Source: Eubacteriales bacterium
GTDB taxonomy: Bacteria; Bacillota; Clostridia; Oscillospirales; CAG-272
Reading direction: 5' to 3'
DNA length: 64,000 bases
NCBI GenBank assembly: GCA_045643885.1
Contig: JAZRFY010000017.1
Span: forward strand, 7,060 to 71,059
The notes beneath the pieces were generated by a model. It was not told where the DNA came from. It ran no database searches and worked only from the letters and a program-made list of their open reading frames with translations. This document shows, in pieces, positions 10,093 to 20,178 of the stretch; position 1 is the first letter of the stretch, and the number at the start of each line of letters is the position of its first letter. A program made the position numbers and the translations under genes.

Positions 10093-11892
10093 ATGAAAGA
10101 CAGAAAAGATATACCCGCAAAATATAAGTGGGACTTGTCCGTTATCTATGCGGACGAAAAAGCCTTCTATACTGACTATGCTCAGGTAGAAAAAATGATT
10201 AAGGAATTCCCCAAGCACGAAAAGACAATGACAAAGAGTGCAGAGGGACTTTACAATTGCCTTCGCGCTATGTGTGACACAGAGGCAATTATCGAAAAGC
10301 TTTGGAGCTATGCTTCTCTCAACTTTTCAGTTGATTCAACAAACAATGCTTTCCAGGCACTTAACGGCAAGGTTCGTTCACTTGCGGTTCAGGCAGGCGC
10401 AGCTTCTTGGTTTGTAAGCCCCAGACTTCTTTCTCTTGACACAGAAACGGTTAACGGCTGGATCGCAGAATATCCTGCACTTGAGACATTCCGTAGATTG
10501 ATTGAAACAACAATGAGAGAAAAGCCCCACCTTCTTTCCGACGAATGCGAGCAGCTCATGTCCAAGCTTCAGGACGGCTTTGGCACACACGGTGACATCA
10601 GAAGCATCTTTGCAAACAGCGACCTTCGTTTCGGCAAGATCAGAAACGAGGAGGGCAAGCTCGTTGAGCTTACAGATACAAACTACGTGACCTTCCTTAT
10701 GAGTGGTGACAGACGCGTTCGTCAGGCAGCATTCAGAAAGATTTATGAAACTTACGCTCAGTTTGGCAATACTTTTGCAACAACCTTCAACGCGATGGTT
10801 CGTGAAAGAGGTACTCTTGCAAAGGTAAGAGGATATAAGAATTCCATCACTGCATCCACATTCCGTGACGAGGTAACTCCCGACATCTATAACAACCTTA
10901 TCAACTGTGTTCATACAGGTCTTCCTGCGCTTTACGAGTACTATGGACTCAAGGCTGAGGTTCTTGGCGTGCAGAAGCTCCACCTCTATGACGTATATGC
11001 TCCTCTTATCGGTGAGCTTGAAAGAGTTTACACATATGACGAGGCAGTTGAAGAGGTTCTTGAAACAGTTAAGATTTACGGTGACGAATATTACAATGCT
11101 CTCCGTGCAGGTCTTCTTGAAAAGGGATGGGTTGACGTTTATCCCTCAAGAGGTAAGAGGGGCGGCGCGTTCAGTGCAGGTACTCCCGTAACTGAGCCAT
11201 ATATCCTTCTTAACTACAAGGAAACTCTTGATGACGTGTCCACACTTGCACACGAGGCAGGTCACTCAATGCACTCATGGTTTTCAACTCACTATAATGA
11301 GCCTCATAACTCTAACTACACAATCTTTGTAGCTGAGGTTGCATCAACTGTTAACGAGCTTCTTTTGTTCCACAGAAAGCTTCGCGAATGCACAGACGAT
11401 AACGAAAAGCTCTATATCCTCAATCAGCTTATGGAAACGTATAAGGGCACACTCTACCGTCAGACAATGTTTGCTGAATTCGAGCGCGACATGCACGCGA
11501 TGAGTGAAAAGGGAACACCCCTTACAGCTGAGGTTATCAACAAGCACTACTACAAGCTCGTTAAGAAGTACTTTGGCAAGGACGTTGCGGTTGACAAGCA
11601 GATTTCTATGGAGTGGATGAGAATTCCTCACTTCTATTCAAACTTCTACGTATACAAGTATGCAACTTGTATCTCTGCAGCATCTGCCATCGTTAAGAGA
11701 ATCGAAAACGAGGGTGAGGCATACGTTAACCAGTATATCGACTTCCTCAAGTGTGGCGGTTCCAAGTCGCCTCTTGATTCACTCTTGGTTGCAGGTATCG
11801 ACATGAGAGATCCCGAGGTCGTAAACGGCGCTATCGAAGATTTCAGAAACGCTGTTGCCGAGTTCAGAGAAATCTACAATAAGAGAAAGTAA
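10093..11892 (+). CDS. pepF: Oligoendopeptidase F (M3B)
   Basis: KWDLSVIY N-terminus, GKRGGAFS, TLAHEAGHSMH, AEVAST, WMRIPHFY..FYVYKYATC. Confidence 0.95.
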   Translation: MKDRKDIPAKYKWDLSVIYADEKAFYTDYAQVEKMIKEFPKHEKTMTKSAEGLYNCLRAMCDTEAIIEKLWSYASLNFSVDSTNNAFQALNGKVRSLAVQAGAASWFVSPRLLSLDTETVNGWIAEYPALETFRRLIETTMREKPHLLSDECEQLMSKLQDGFGTHGDIRSIFANSDLRFGKIRNEEGKLVELTDTNYVTFLMSGDRRVRQAAFRKIYETYAQFGNTFATTFNAMVRERGTLAKVRGYKNSITASTFRDEVTPDIYNNLINCVHTGLPALYEYYGLKAEVLGVQKLHLYDVYAPLIGELERVYTYDEAVEEVLETVKIYGDEYYNALRAGLLEKGWVDVYPSRGKRGGAFSAGTPVTEPYILLNYKETLDDVSTLAHEAGHSMHSWFSTHYNEPHNSNYTIFVAEVASTVNELLLFHRKLRECTDDNEKLYILNQLMETYKGTLYRQTMFAEFERDMHAMSEKGTPLTAEVINKHYYKLVKKYFGKDVAVDKQISMEWMRIPHFYSNFYVYKYATCISAASAIVKRIENEGEAYVNQYIDFLKCGGSKSPLDSLLVAGIDMRDPEVVNGAIEDFRNAVAEFREIYNKRK

Positions 11893-11904
11893 TATAAACA
11901 AAAC

Positions 11905-11933
11905 AAAGGGAACTCTTTCGAGAGTTCCCTTTT
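11905..11933. terminator. Bidirectional terminator
   Basis: AAAGGGAACTCT-ttcg-AGAGTTCCCTTT between convergent genes. Confidence 0.8.
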
Positions 11934-11950
11934 CAATATACTGTTGTAAT

Positions 11951-12742
11951 TTATATAAGCTCTATGATTCTTGACAATATTTGTTTGATTATGTGTATTC
12001 CAAAAATAAAAACAAGTATAGTAATACCGATTATCACGAGAAAAAGGATTCCACATCCCTTGAGACAACCACCCAGACAACTTTCATCATTATTACTGTT
12101 TTCCTCTTGTGGAGAAGGGGTGGGTGCAGGATTGTTTTTTTGTGATTGAGATTCCCAATAATTGTTTGTGCTTGTAGGTATGGGAGGAGGCAAAATATTT
12201 TTGAGTTCTTTGAGCGCGCCTGCAGGTATCCAAGAGTCCATTCCCTTGCACCATACATGATCATTGGGGTGCAATTCACCAGAATTGGCCATTTGGATCA
12301 ATTGGGCAATAGGATACGGTCCTATTGTCTTTTCGCCTTTTGCAACCAGATATAAGGAATCATTTTCCTTTTTAGGTGCTTCTTGGGCAGGAGTTTCTTT
12401 AGATTTATCTTCGATGGGTGTAGAGTCATGTGTTGGTGCGAATGCTAAAGCAAATGATATTATTATAACTACCGCCGCAATCACCACACAAACAATGGAG
12501 ATTATTATAGTCGTATCATCAAGCGACTCATTTGTTTGGTTTGAAGAGGTTGTGTTGCTTGAAACCGTGTTACTGACAACACCCATATTGAATGTGTCAC
12601 CGGCAATACTTGAATTGTTGGTAACTATACGTTCGAAATAATCAATGTATGGACCTTCTGACAAGCTACATCCGACAAATGAAAGGCACGATATCAATAA
12701 AGTAATAAATAAAATTACTGAAATGATTCTTGATTTTTTCAT
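11951..12742 (-). CDS. Membrane protein with GYF_2 (DUF4339) domain
   Basis: Lipobox-like FVGC, TM helix, GPY..L..G.L...D.VW..GM..W..PPP motif, Cys-rich C-terminal TM (CLGGCLKGCG); start after AGGAGG. Confidence 0.7.
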   Translation of the reverse strand: MKKSRIISVILFITLLISCLSFVGCSLSEGPYIDYFERIVTNNSSIAGDTFNMGVVSNTVSSNTTSSNQTNESLDDTTIIISIVCVVIAAVVIIISFALAFAPTHDSTPIEDKSKETPAQEAPKKENDSLYLVAKGEKTIGPYPIAQLIQMANSGELHPNDHVWCKGMDSWIPAGALKELKNILPPPIPTSTNNYWESQSQKNNPAPTPSPQEENSNNDESCLGGCLKGCGILFLVIIGITILVFIFGIHIIKQILSRIIELI

Positions 12743-12870
12743 GATTTCCTCCTTTAAAAGCAAAATATGAAGAAAACTCCTCTGACTTGGGCTGTTTTTT
12801 TGTGTTTGGTGTAATTATTCTAACACAAATTTGTATCATTTGCAACAGTTTTGTTTTACATGCTAAAAGA

Positions 12871-12898
12871 AAAGGGAAAGCCCGGCGGCTTTCCCTTT
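12871..12898 (-). terminator. Intrinsic terminator
   Basis: AAAGGGAAAGCC-cggc-GGCTTTCCCTTT just after the stop of 12902-14293. Confidence 0.75.
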
Positions 12899-12901
12899 AT
12901 T

Positions 12902-14293
12902 TTATTTGCAATTTGCAAGTGCCTTATTAAATTCTTCGTCTATCATAGCGGAGTTATCAGCACCGAGCTGATATTTTTTAAATATCGACTCAACGAGCGC
13001 GCCAACGCTCTCTCTTGCTTTTTCTGAGCCTTTAAACATCGGTGTTGTAAAGCAATAGTTTGCTTGCTTGGGAACAAGCTCCATAGCAAGATATCTCAAT
13101 GAACCTCCTTCAAAGGAATTCTTGATGTAAGCCTTGTATTCATCAGAATCCTTTACCGAGTTCAAAACAGGCATAGAATTAAACTGTGCCGAGCTTCTTG
13201 CTTGGAATTCCATATCGGTCATAAGGAATTTCAAGAAGAGCCAGGATGCGTATATTTCCTGTGTGTTCTTACTTTCTATAATACAAATTGAAGCTTCATT
13301 TTCGGCAAGTGCTTTCGGATTTGAAGCATCCATCTGAGGAATGGGTTCAACACCCAATTCAAAGGTGAATTCACCGTCAACCTTGGCGGGATAATAGTAC
13401 ATAATTCCAACTGAATTGCCGATATACATAAGAGTTTCGGAATTCGCAAAGTCGTCGTATGGACCGTAGGCAAGCTCGGCTAATTTTAAATATCCCTTTT
13501 GATACCATTCAGCAAATTTTGCAACGATTTTCTTATTCGTTTCGTTTACGAAGATATAATTATCTCCCGTTGCACTTGTGTAATCCGAGCCACATTGTGC
13601 AGCAAGTGTGATAAACAGATTTTCCGGTGATTGGTATCCCAAGGGGGTGCGATCAGGATATACTTCCTTTAAGTATTCAACGCATGCCTCCATCTCGTCC
13701 CAGGTTGTGGGAGCGTTTATGCCAAGCTCATCAAAAACGGTTTTGTTGTAATAAAGAAGGTCGGTCGATTTAGCTAAGGGGAGGGAATACAAGGTGTCAG
13801 ATCCGTTGATGATCTTGCCATCGTTATAAAACGCGTCAACAAAATCGTCAAGCTGCGCCTGTGTAAATCCCATTATATCGTTTGTGGATGCCACAACGTT
13901 TTCATTATTGATCAAACCATCCAAGGGTACGACCGTGCCGTTTTCATGGTATGCCAGAAGTGTCGAGTATGAGCAAAAAACAAGGTTTGGCATAGCTTCA
14001 TCGGTGCTTTTGTTCACGTGCTCATAGATTTGGTCGGCATGAGCGAAAGTCTTTGTTTCTATAGTGATATTGGGGTATATCTCTTTGAATTCGTAAGCAG
14101 CTCTTTCTATTGGAGATATACCGCTGCTTGTGGCAAAGGTGTGCCAGAATTCAATGGTCACCTCAGAACCGTCGTATCCGGATTTGATAAGGGTGCAACC
14201 GTAATCAAATGGATTTTTCCACTCGCAAGAACAAAATGCAAGTGTTGATAATACAAGGGTGAAGAGTAAAATAAATGAGATAGATCTTTTCAT
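12902..14293 (-). CDS. ABC-type extracellular solute-binding lipoprotein (sugar/G3P family); no permease adjacent
   Basis: Lipobox, VTIEFWH, YSLP..KSTDLLYYNKTVF..LGI.APTTWDE, SWLFLKFL. Confidence 0.85.
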   Translation of the reverse strand: MKRSISFILLFTLVLSTLAFCSCEWKNPFDYGCTLIKSGYDGSEVTIEFWHTFATSSGISPIERAAYEFKEIYPNITIETKTFAHADQIYEHVNKSTDEAMPNLVFCSYSTLLAYHENGTVVPLDGLINNENVVASTNDIMGFTQAQLDDFVDAFYNDGKIINGSDTLYSLPLAKSTDLLYYNKTVFDELGINAPTTWDEMEACVEYLKEVYPDRTPLGYQSPENLFITLAAQCGSDYTSATGDNYIFVNETNKKIVAKFAEWYQKGYLKLAELAYGPYDDFANSETLMYIGNSVGIMYYYPAKVDGEFTFELGVEPIPQMDASNPKALAENEASICIIESKNTQEIYASWLFLKFLMTDMEFQARSSAQFNSMPVLNSVKDSDEYKAYIKNSFEGGSLRYLAMELVPKQANYCFTTPMFKGSEKARESVGALVESIFKKYQLGADNSAMIDEEFNKALANCK

Positions 14294-14448
14294 AAATATA
14301 TACCGTCCTTGATCATTGTAATTGTAAAGAATACCTTACAATTTGATTATAGCATATAAGAAAAAAATATCAACAATTTTTTAATGTTTTAAATCATTTT
14401 TTTGCATTTTGTGTTATAATGGGCTTATTAAACCGTAAGGAGAAGAAT

Positions 14449-14865
14449 ATGAAGGGCTATAACGTTATCGTTGTGTTTAATAAAGAAGCAGACAAAATGC
14501 TTATGTGCAAAAGAATAAAGGAACCTTATAAGGGGCTTTCGAATTTTGTTGGTGGAAAAATAGAAGCAGGTGAAGACGGCACGGATGCCGCATATCGCGA
14601 GCTTTTTGAAGAGACCTCGATAGTCAGGGAGAATATTAAGCTCACGCACCTTATGGATTTTACCTATCATATGGCAAAGGAATATGTTGAGGTCTACGTT
14701 GGAAGATTAAATAAGGAAGTTGAAATAAAAGGGGATGAAAATATCCTCTATTGGACGGATTTAAATCACGATTTCTTTGATCCCACACTCTACGCAGGTG
14801 AGGGCAACATAGGTCACATCATGATGCACGTTGATTTCAACAGGGAGAAGCTGTTGGAAATATAA
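14449..14865 (+). CDS. NUDIX hydrolase
   Basis: Nudix box GGKIEAGEDGTDAAYRELFEET; start after AAGGAG. Confidence 0.9.
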   Translation: MKGYNVIVVFNKEADKMLMCKRIKEPYKGLSNFVGGKIEAGEDGTDAAYRELFEETSIVRENIKLTHLMDFTYHMAKEYVEVYVGRLNKEVEIKGDENILYWTDLNHDFFDPTLYAGEGNIGHIMMHVDFNREKLLEI

Positions 14866-14869
14866 GATA

Positions 14870-14910
14870 AAATAAAAATCCCGACGGATATTTCGTCGGG
14901 ATTTTTATTT
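14870..14910. terminator. Bidirectional terminator
   Basis: AAATAAAAATCCCGACG-7 nt-CGTCGGGATTTTTATTT. Confidence 0.85.
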
Positions 14911-14918
14911 GCTTTTAA

Positions 14919-16304
14919 TTATTTGCTTCTGATGTATTCATCCATTGCCTTAGCTGCTGTTTTACCGGCACCCATAGCAAGAATTACTGTCGCAGCACCT
15001 GTTACGGCGTCACCGCCTGCATAGATGCCTTCGCGAGAAGTAAGACCGTTTTCGTCTGCGATGAAGCAACCCCACTTGTTTGTGTCAAGTCCCTTTGTTG
15101 TGTTTCTGATAAGGGGATTGGGGCTTGTACCGATGGACATGATTACACAGTCAACGTCGAGTACGAATTCGGAATCGGGCTTAACGATGGGACGGCGTCT
15201 GCCGGAAGCATCGGGCTCACCAAGCTCCATTTCAACACACTTGATGCCTGTTACGAACTTATGCTCGTCACCGAGAACCTCGATGGGATTTGTGAGTGTC
15301 TTGAAGATGATACCCTCTTCCTCAGCATGCTCAACCTCTTCCTTACGTGCGGGAAGCTCCTCCATTCCACGACGGTATACGATGTAAACGTTTTCAGCAC
15401 CAAGACGCTTAGCAGAACGAGCTGCGTCCATAGCAACGTTACCGCCACCAACAACTGCAACGTTCTTGCAATCCTTGATAGGAGTATCGGAATTCTTGAG
15501 ATAAGCCTTCATAAGGTTTACACGGGTAAGGAATTCGTTAGCAGAGTAAACACCCTTAAGGTTTTCACCGGGGATGTTCATAAAGTTGGGAAGACCTGCA
15601 CCTGAGCCGATGAAGATGGACTCATAGCCCATAGCAAAGAGCTCGTCGATCTCGATCGTTCTACCAACAACAACATTTGTTTCAACCTTTACGCCAAGAG
15701 CCTTAAGGTTTTCAATTTCTCTGTGAACGATCTTCTTGGGAAGACGGAACTCGGGGATACCGTAAACGAGAACGCCGCCTGCAAGGTGGAGTGCCTCGAA
15801 AATTGTAACCTCATAGCCCATTCTTGCAAGGTCTCCGGCACATGTAAGACCGGAAGGACCTGCGCCGATGATGGCACACTTGTGACCGTTTGACTCGGGC
15901 TTTACGGGAGCTTCTGTTGCATGAGCATTGTGCCAGTCAGCAACGAATCTTTCAAGACGGCCGATAGCAACGGGTTCACCCTTGATGCCTCTTACACATT
16001 TGCTTTCGCATTGTGTTTCCTGAGGACAAACTCTACCGCAAACTGCGGGAAGAGCAGAGCTTTTTGCGATTATCTGATAAGCACCCTCAAAATCCTTCTC
16101 CTTGATCTTGGAGATGAATGCAGGGATGTCGATAGCAACGGGGCAACCTGCAACGCAGGGCTTGTGCTTACAATTGAGGCATCTTTCTGCCTCGTCAACT
16201 GCCTGTTCGGGTGTATATCCAAGAGCAACCTCAAGGAAGTTACCGTTGCGGACCATTGGGTCCTGAACGGGCATTTCATTCTTTTTAAGACTCATGTTAG
16301 GCAT
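14919..16304 (-). CDS. nfnB: NfnB, large subunit of NADH-dependent reduced ferredoxin:NADP+ oxidoreductase (often annotated GltD-like glutamate synthase)
   Basis: EAERCLNC..PCVAGCP, CGRVCPQETQCE, GAGPSG, GGGNVAMD, AGGDAVTG; TAATG overlap with the upstream nfnA. Confidence 0.88.
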   Translation of the reverse strand: MPNMSLKKNEMPVQDPMVRNGNFLEVALGYTPEQAVDEAERCLNCKHKPCVAGCPVAIDIPAFISKIKEKDFEGAYQIIAKSSALPAVCGRVCPQETQCESKCVRGIKGEPVAIGRLERFVADWHNAHATEAPVKPESNGHKCAIIGAGPSGLTCAGDLARMGYEVTIFEALHLAGGVLVYGIPEFRLPKKIVHREIENLKALGVKVETNVVVGRTIEIDELFAMGYESIFIGSGAGLPNFMNIPGENLKGVYSANEFLTRVNLMKAYLKNSDTPIKDCKNVAVVGGGNVAMDAARSAKRLGAENVYIVYRRGMEELPARKEEVEHAEEEGIIFKTLTNPIEVLGDEHKFVTGIKCVEMELGEPDASGRRRPIVKPDSEFVLDVDCVIMSIGTSPNPLIRNTTKGLDTNKWGCFIADENGLTSREGIYAGGDAVTGAATVILAMGAGKTAAKAMDEYIRSK

Positions 16305-17146
16305 TATTTTACCTCCTTCTTGAAGAGATTGCATGTCTCTTCGTGCTTCTGTCTTTCAAATCCGCGATACATTGAAGAACGCTCGATAGCTTCGTCGAAG
16401 TCAACGAGGTGGCCGTCGAAGTCGGGACCGTCAACGCATGCAAACTTTGTCTGACCGCCAACAGTAAGACGGCAACCGCCGCACATACCTGTTCCGTCGA
16501 TCATGATGGGGTTCATGGAAACTACTGTATTGATGCCGTACTGCTTTGTGAGCTTGCAAACGAACTTCATCATCACAAGAGGACCGATAGCAATAACCTC
16601 GTCGTATGTGTGACCTTCCTCGATAAGACCGAGAAGAGCATTTGTAACAAGGCCCTTAGTACCGTGTGAGCCATCGTCTGTCATAACCTCAAGAACGTCA
16701 CTTACTGCAGCAAATTCATCCTCGAGAATAACGAGATCCTTGTTTCTGAAACCGATGATGGAGTGGACCTCACAACCAAGATTGTGGAGCTTCTTTGCAA
16801 TGGGGTAAGCGATAGCGCATCCAACGCCACCACCAACTACTGCAACCTTCTTGAGTCCGTCTGTGTGAGAGGGAACACCAAGAGGGCCAACGAAATCGTG
16901 AATGTATTCGCCTTCCTCGAGCATGTTGAGTTTTTCTGTTGTGGAGCCAACTATCTGGAAGATGATTGTGATTGTGCCTGCTTCGCGATCGAAATCTGCA
17001 ACTGTAAGGGGAATTCTTTCTCCCTCTTCGTCAACGCGAAGAATGATGAACTGACCCGGCTCTGCCTTCTTGGCAACGAGGGGTGCCTCGATATCCATAA
17101 GTGTTACTGTGGGATTGAGGACTTTCTTTCTAAGAATCTTGTACAT
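16304..17146 (-). CDS. nfnA: NfnA small subunit (ferredoxin-NADP reductase / PyrK-like)
   Basis: PGQFIILR, GERIPLT, GPLG, MIDGTGMCGGCR..FACVDGP [2Fe-2S] motif. Confidence 0.9.
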   Translation of the reverse strand: MYKILRKKVLNPTVTLMDIEAPLVAKKAEPGQFIILRVDEEGERIPLTVADFDREAGTITIIFQIVGSTTEKLNMLEEGEYIHDFVGPLGVPSHTDGLKKVAVVGGGVGCAIAYPIAKKLHNLGCEVHSIIGFRNKDLVILEDEFAAVSDVLEVMTDDGSHGTKGLVTNALLGLIEEGHTYDEVIAIGPLVMMKFVCKLTKQYGINTVVSMNPIMIDGTGMCGGCRLTVGGQTKFACVDGPDFDGHLVDFDEAIERSSMYRGFERQKHEETCNLFKKEVK

Positions 17147-17215
17147 ATCCTATACCTCTTTCGTTTGTAAAAAACCGATAAAACGGTTTATATTTATCTT
17201 TATATAAAACATACT

Positions 17216-17250
17216 TTGTGATTATATCACAATAAGAGAAATAAAGTCAA
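17216..17250 (-). promoter_or_regulatory. Sigma-A promoter of nfnAB overlapped by palindrome TTGTGATTATATCACAA
   Basis: TTGACT-18 nt-TATAAT (extended TG) on minus strand; 17-bp palindrome 17216-17232 covers the -10. Confidence 0.6.
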
Positions 17251-17347
17251 GAAAATTCTGTTATTTATTTAACGATTTTGTGCAATTTGAATATTTTTGT
17301 TAAAAAATCTTTTTCAAACAAATGAGATTTTGTTGATTATGTATATA

Positions 17348-17377
17348 AAAAACGAACGCCCTCGGGCGTTCGTTTTT
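17348..17377 (-). terminator. Intrinsic terminator
   Basis: AAAAACGAACGCCC-tc-GGGCGTTCGTTTTT after the DUF1622 stop. Confidence 0.75.
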
Positions 17378-17383
17378 ACCTTA

Positions 17384-17713
17384 TTAATCGTCGTGTGTGT
17401 TCTTAAGCTCGAAGTGAATAAGGATGCTCATAAGTGCTCTGAGTGCGAACACCGCACCGAGAACGATGAGCTCGTCAAGCTCCTGTACGATAACTGTTTT
17501 CAAGATCTCTGCACCAAGCTTGAATTCAAGTGCTGTCGCAAGTCCCTTAGCAAGATGAGTCTGAAGGGCAAAGTGTTTTTTCATGAACGTATTTTGAATG
17601 TACTCACCCAAAGCTCTCACGCTGGACCAGAAAATGATGAAAATACCAATTACCTCAAGGACAATTACCATGTAGTTAACTACTGTTTCAAGGATTAAAT
17701 GTAATGTGTGCAT
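17384..17713 (-). CDS. DUF1622-family small membrane protein
   Basis: LAKGLATALEFKLGAEILKTV...L..LG....LRALMS..IH.E pattern. Confidence 0.8.
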   Translation of the reverse strand: MHTLHLILETVVNYMVIVLEVIGIFIIFWSSVRALGEYIQNTFMKKHFALQTHLAKGLATALEFKLGAEILKTVIVQELDELIVLGAVFALRALMSILIHFELKNTHDD

Positions 17714-17845
17714 ATTGCTACTCCTAAGTTTTTTATCGCACCTATTATAGTTTGAAACTCGAATTTTGTCAAGTCTTTTTTACTTTTTCGCGAAAATGTA
17801 CCATTTTATCAAAAAAATTAGATATATATAATATTTATGTTTTTG

Positions 17846-17874
17846 TTGACAAACAACAATTGCTATGCTATAAT
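17846..17874 (+). promoter_or_regulatory. Sigma-A promoter of the rnf operon
   Basis: Perfect TTGACA-17 nt-TATAAT with extended TG. Confidence 0.8.
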
Positions 17875-17953
17875 ATACTGATGTTTTATGCGCATATGTG
17901 TGCGTGTAGGGCAGTAGATTGGTTAAACAAATACTCGAAAGGTAGGATTGTAT

Positions 17954-19249
17954 ATGTCTTTTTTCATGAATAGCATTCCTGTTCCGCTTAAAAAGAATAC
18001 TATGGACGTGCCCTCTGTTCGCATGAGTGGAGTAACAACAGTTACCATTCCCATGCAGATGCATATCGGCACACCTGCAAAGCCCGTTGTAAAGATGGGT
18101 GATCTTGTTCAGGTCGGAACATTGATTGCTGAAGCAAACGGAGATGTTTCATCTCCAATCCATGCTAGCGTTTCAGGTAAGGTTGCCAAGATTATTGACT
18201 ACGTTACCTCAAGCGGTGCTACAGTTCCTGCAGTTGTTATCACATCCGACGGTGAGATGACTCCTTGCGAAGGCCTTGAAGCTCCCGTTGTAAACAGCAA
18301 GCAGGATCTTCTTACGGCGATCCGTAACAGCGGTATCGTAGGTCTTGGAGGCGCAGGCTTCCCCACACACGTTAAGTTTGACGTTGATTTCGATAAGCTT
18401 GATGAGCTTATTATCAACGGCACAGAATGTGAGCCCTATCTCACAAGTGATAACCACGCTATGATTGAGCGTGTATCCGACATCGAGGTAGCACTCAATG
18501 CATTCAAACAGCATTTTGGTATCAAGCGCATCATCATTGTTGTCGGTGACAACAAGAAGGCAGCTTATGCCAACATGAAGGAGCTTGCTTCCCGCATTGA
18601 CGGTGTCAAGGCTATGACAACTCCCTCAACATACTCTCACGGAAGTGAAGAGGCTATCATTTATTACACAACAAAGAAGGTTCTTTCTGCGGACAAGCTT
18701 CCTATCGATCTTGGTTGTCTTGTTTCCAACGTAACAACTGTTGCAGCTATCGGTTCTTACCTCAAGACAGGTATGCCCCTTGTTGAAAAGCTCGTTACAG
18801 TTGACGGCGGATGCGTAGCTGAGCCCAAGTGCGTATATGCTCCCATCGGTACAAGCCTTGCTGACCTTTTCGCATTCTGCGGCGAGTTCACATGCGATCC
18901 CGAAAGAGTAGTTTACGGTGGACCTATGATGGGTATCACAGTTCCCGATCTTACAGCTCCCGTTCTCAAGAACACAAATGCAGTTTTGGCACTTTCCGCT
19001 AAGGACATAAAGGCTCCCAAGGAGTCACCCTGTATCCGTTGCGGTGAATGTACAAATCACTGTCCTTTGGGACTTGCTCCTGCTGCAATCGCTAAGGCGT
19101 ATGCACAGAAGGACGTAGAGCAGCTTGAAGCACTCATGGTTACATCCTGCATGGAATGCGGAAGCTGCAGCTATCTCTGTCCTGCACGCCGTCCCTTGGT
19201 TCAGAACAATAAATTGGCAAAAACTCTCGTAAAGGAGGCTAATAAGTAA
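17954..19249 (+). CDS. rnfC: Rnf complex subunit C
   Basis: MHIGTPA, PIHASVSG, GIVGLGGAGFPTHVK, ECEPYLT, GGPMMG, two CxxCxxCxxxCP motifs; start reassigned to ATG 17954. Confidence 0.92.
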   Translation: MSFFMNSIPVPLKKNTMDVPSVRMSGVTTVTIPMQMHIGTPAKPVVKMGDLVQVGTLIAEANGDVSSPIHASVSGKVAKIIDYVTSSGATVPAVVITSDGEMTPCEGLEAPVVNSKQDLLTAIRNSGIVGLGGAGFPTHVKFDVDFDKLDELIINGTECEPYLTSDNHAMIERVSDIEVALNAFKQHFGIKRIIIVVGDNKKAAYANMKELASRIDGVKAMTTPSTYSHGSEEAIIYYTTKKVLSADKLPIDLGCLVSNVTTVAAIGSYLKTGMPLVEKLVTVDGGCVAEPKCVYAPIGTSLADLFAFCGEFTCDPERVVYGGPMMGITVPDLTAPVLKNTNAVLALSAKDIKAPKESPCIRCGECTNHCPLGLAPAAIAKAYAQKDVEQLEALMVTSCMECGSCSYLCPARRPLVQNNKLAKTLVKEANK

Positions 19250-20178
19250 TGGATAAGATGTTGCATTTATCTGTTTCTCCTCACGTTCATTGCGGAAGAA
19301 GCACTTCTACAATAATGCGTGACGTTCTTATTGCTCTTGCTCCTGCAACAATCGCAGGTATTGCAATCTTTGGACTTAGCTCTCTTTTGATTCTCATCAC
19401 TTGCGTTGCAAGCTGTGTGATCTTTGAGGCTCTCTTCAACAAGATTGTTAAGAAAGAGCAGACAATCGGTGACCTTAGTGCAGTCGTAACAGGCTTGCTT
19501 CTTGGTCTTAACCTTCCTACAGGACTTCCTATCTGGCAGTGTGTGATTGGTTCACTCTTTGCTATCGTGGTAGTTAAGTGCCTCTTCGGTGGTATCGGAT
19601 GCAATCCCGTTAACCCCGCAATCACAGCAAGAGTATTTATGCTCGTTTCCTTCAGCGCTGCAATGTCCGTTGCAGGCACACCTACAGGTGTTGACGCAGT
19701 TGCGGGTTCTACTCCTCTTGTAGAGCTTGCTGCAGGCAAGGAAATCGATATCAAGACACTTCTTCTTGGTACACACGGTGGTACAATCGGTGAAACATGT
19801 GCTATCGCACTCATCATCGGCTTCTTGTATCTCATCGTTCGCAACGTTATTACATGGCACATTCCCGTTTCCTTTATCGGTAGCGTGTTCGTGCTTTCAC
19901 TTCTCGTTGAGGGCGACGCTATGAAGGCTCTTTCAATGGTGCTTTCCGGCGGACTTCTTCTTGGTGCTATCTTCATGGCAACAGATTACGTTACAAGCCC
20001 CGCAACACCCGCAGGCAAGATCATCTTCGGTCTTGGTGCAGGTCTCCTTACATTCCTTATCAGATATTATGGCTCTTATCCTGAAGGCGTATCCTTTGCG
20101 ATCCTCCTTATGAACATCATCAGCCCCTATATCGAAAAGGCAACTGCACACAAGGTATTTGGAGGTAAGAAGGCATGA
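19249..20178 (+). CDS. rnfD: Rnf complex subunit D
   Basis: SPH N-terminus, FGGIG.NPVNPA, DAVAGSTPL flavinylation loop, GTIGETC, FMATDY.TSP, YPEGVSFAIL. Confidence 0.95.
   Translation: MDKMLHLSVSPHVHCGRSTSTIMRDVLIALAPATIAGIAIFGLSSLLILITCVASCVIFEALFNKIVKKEQTIGDLSAVVTGLLLGLNLPTGLPIWQCVIGSLFAIVVVKCLFGGIGCNPVNPAITARVFMLVSFSAAMSVAGTPTGVDAVAGSTPLVELAAGKEIDIKTLLLGTHGGTIGETCAIALIIGFLYLIVRNVITWHIPVSFIGSVFVLSLLVEGDAMKALSMVLSGGLLLGAIFMATDYVTSPATPAGKIIFGLGAGLLTFLIRYYGSYPEGVSFAILLMNIISPYIEKATAHKVFGGKKA

Noticed and set aside
14919-16304. Glutamate synthase call
   Set aside because: No large GltB subunit; translational coupling to an NfnA-type gene fits NfnAB better.
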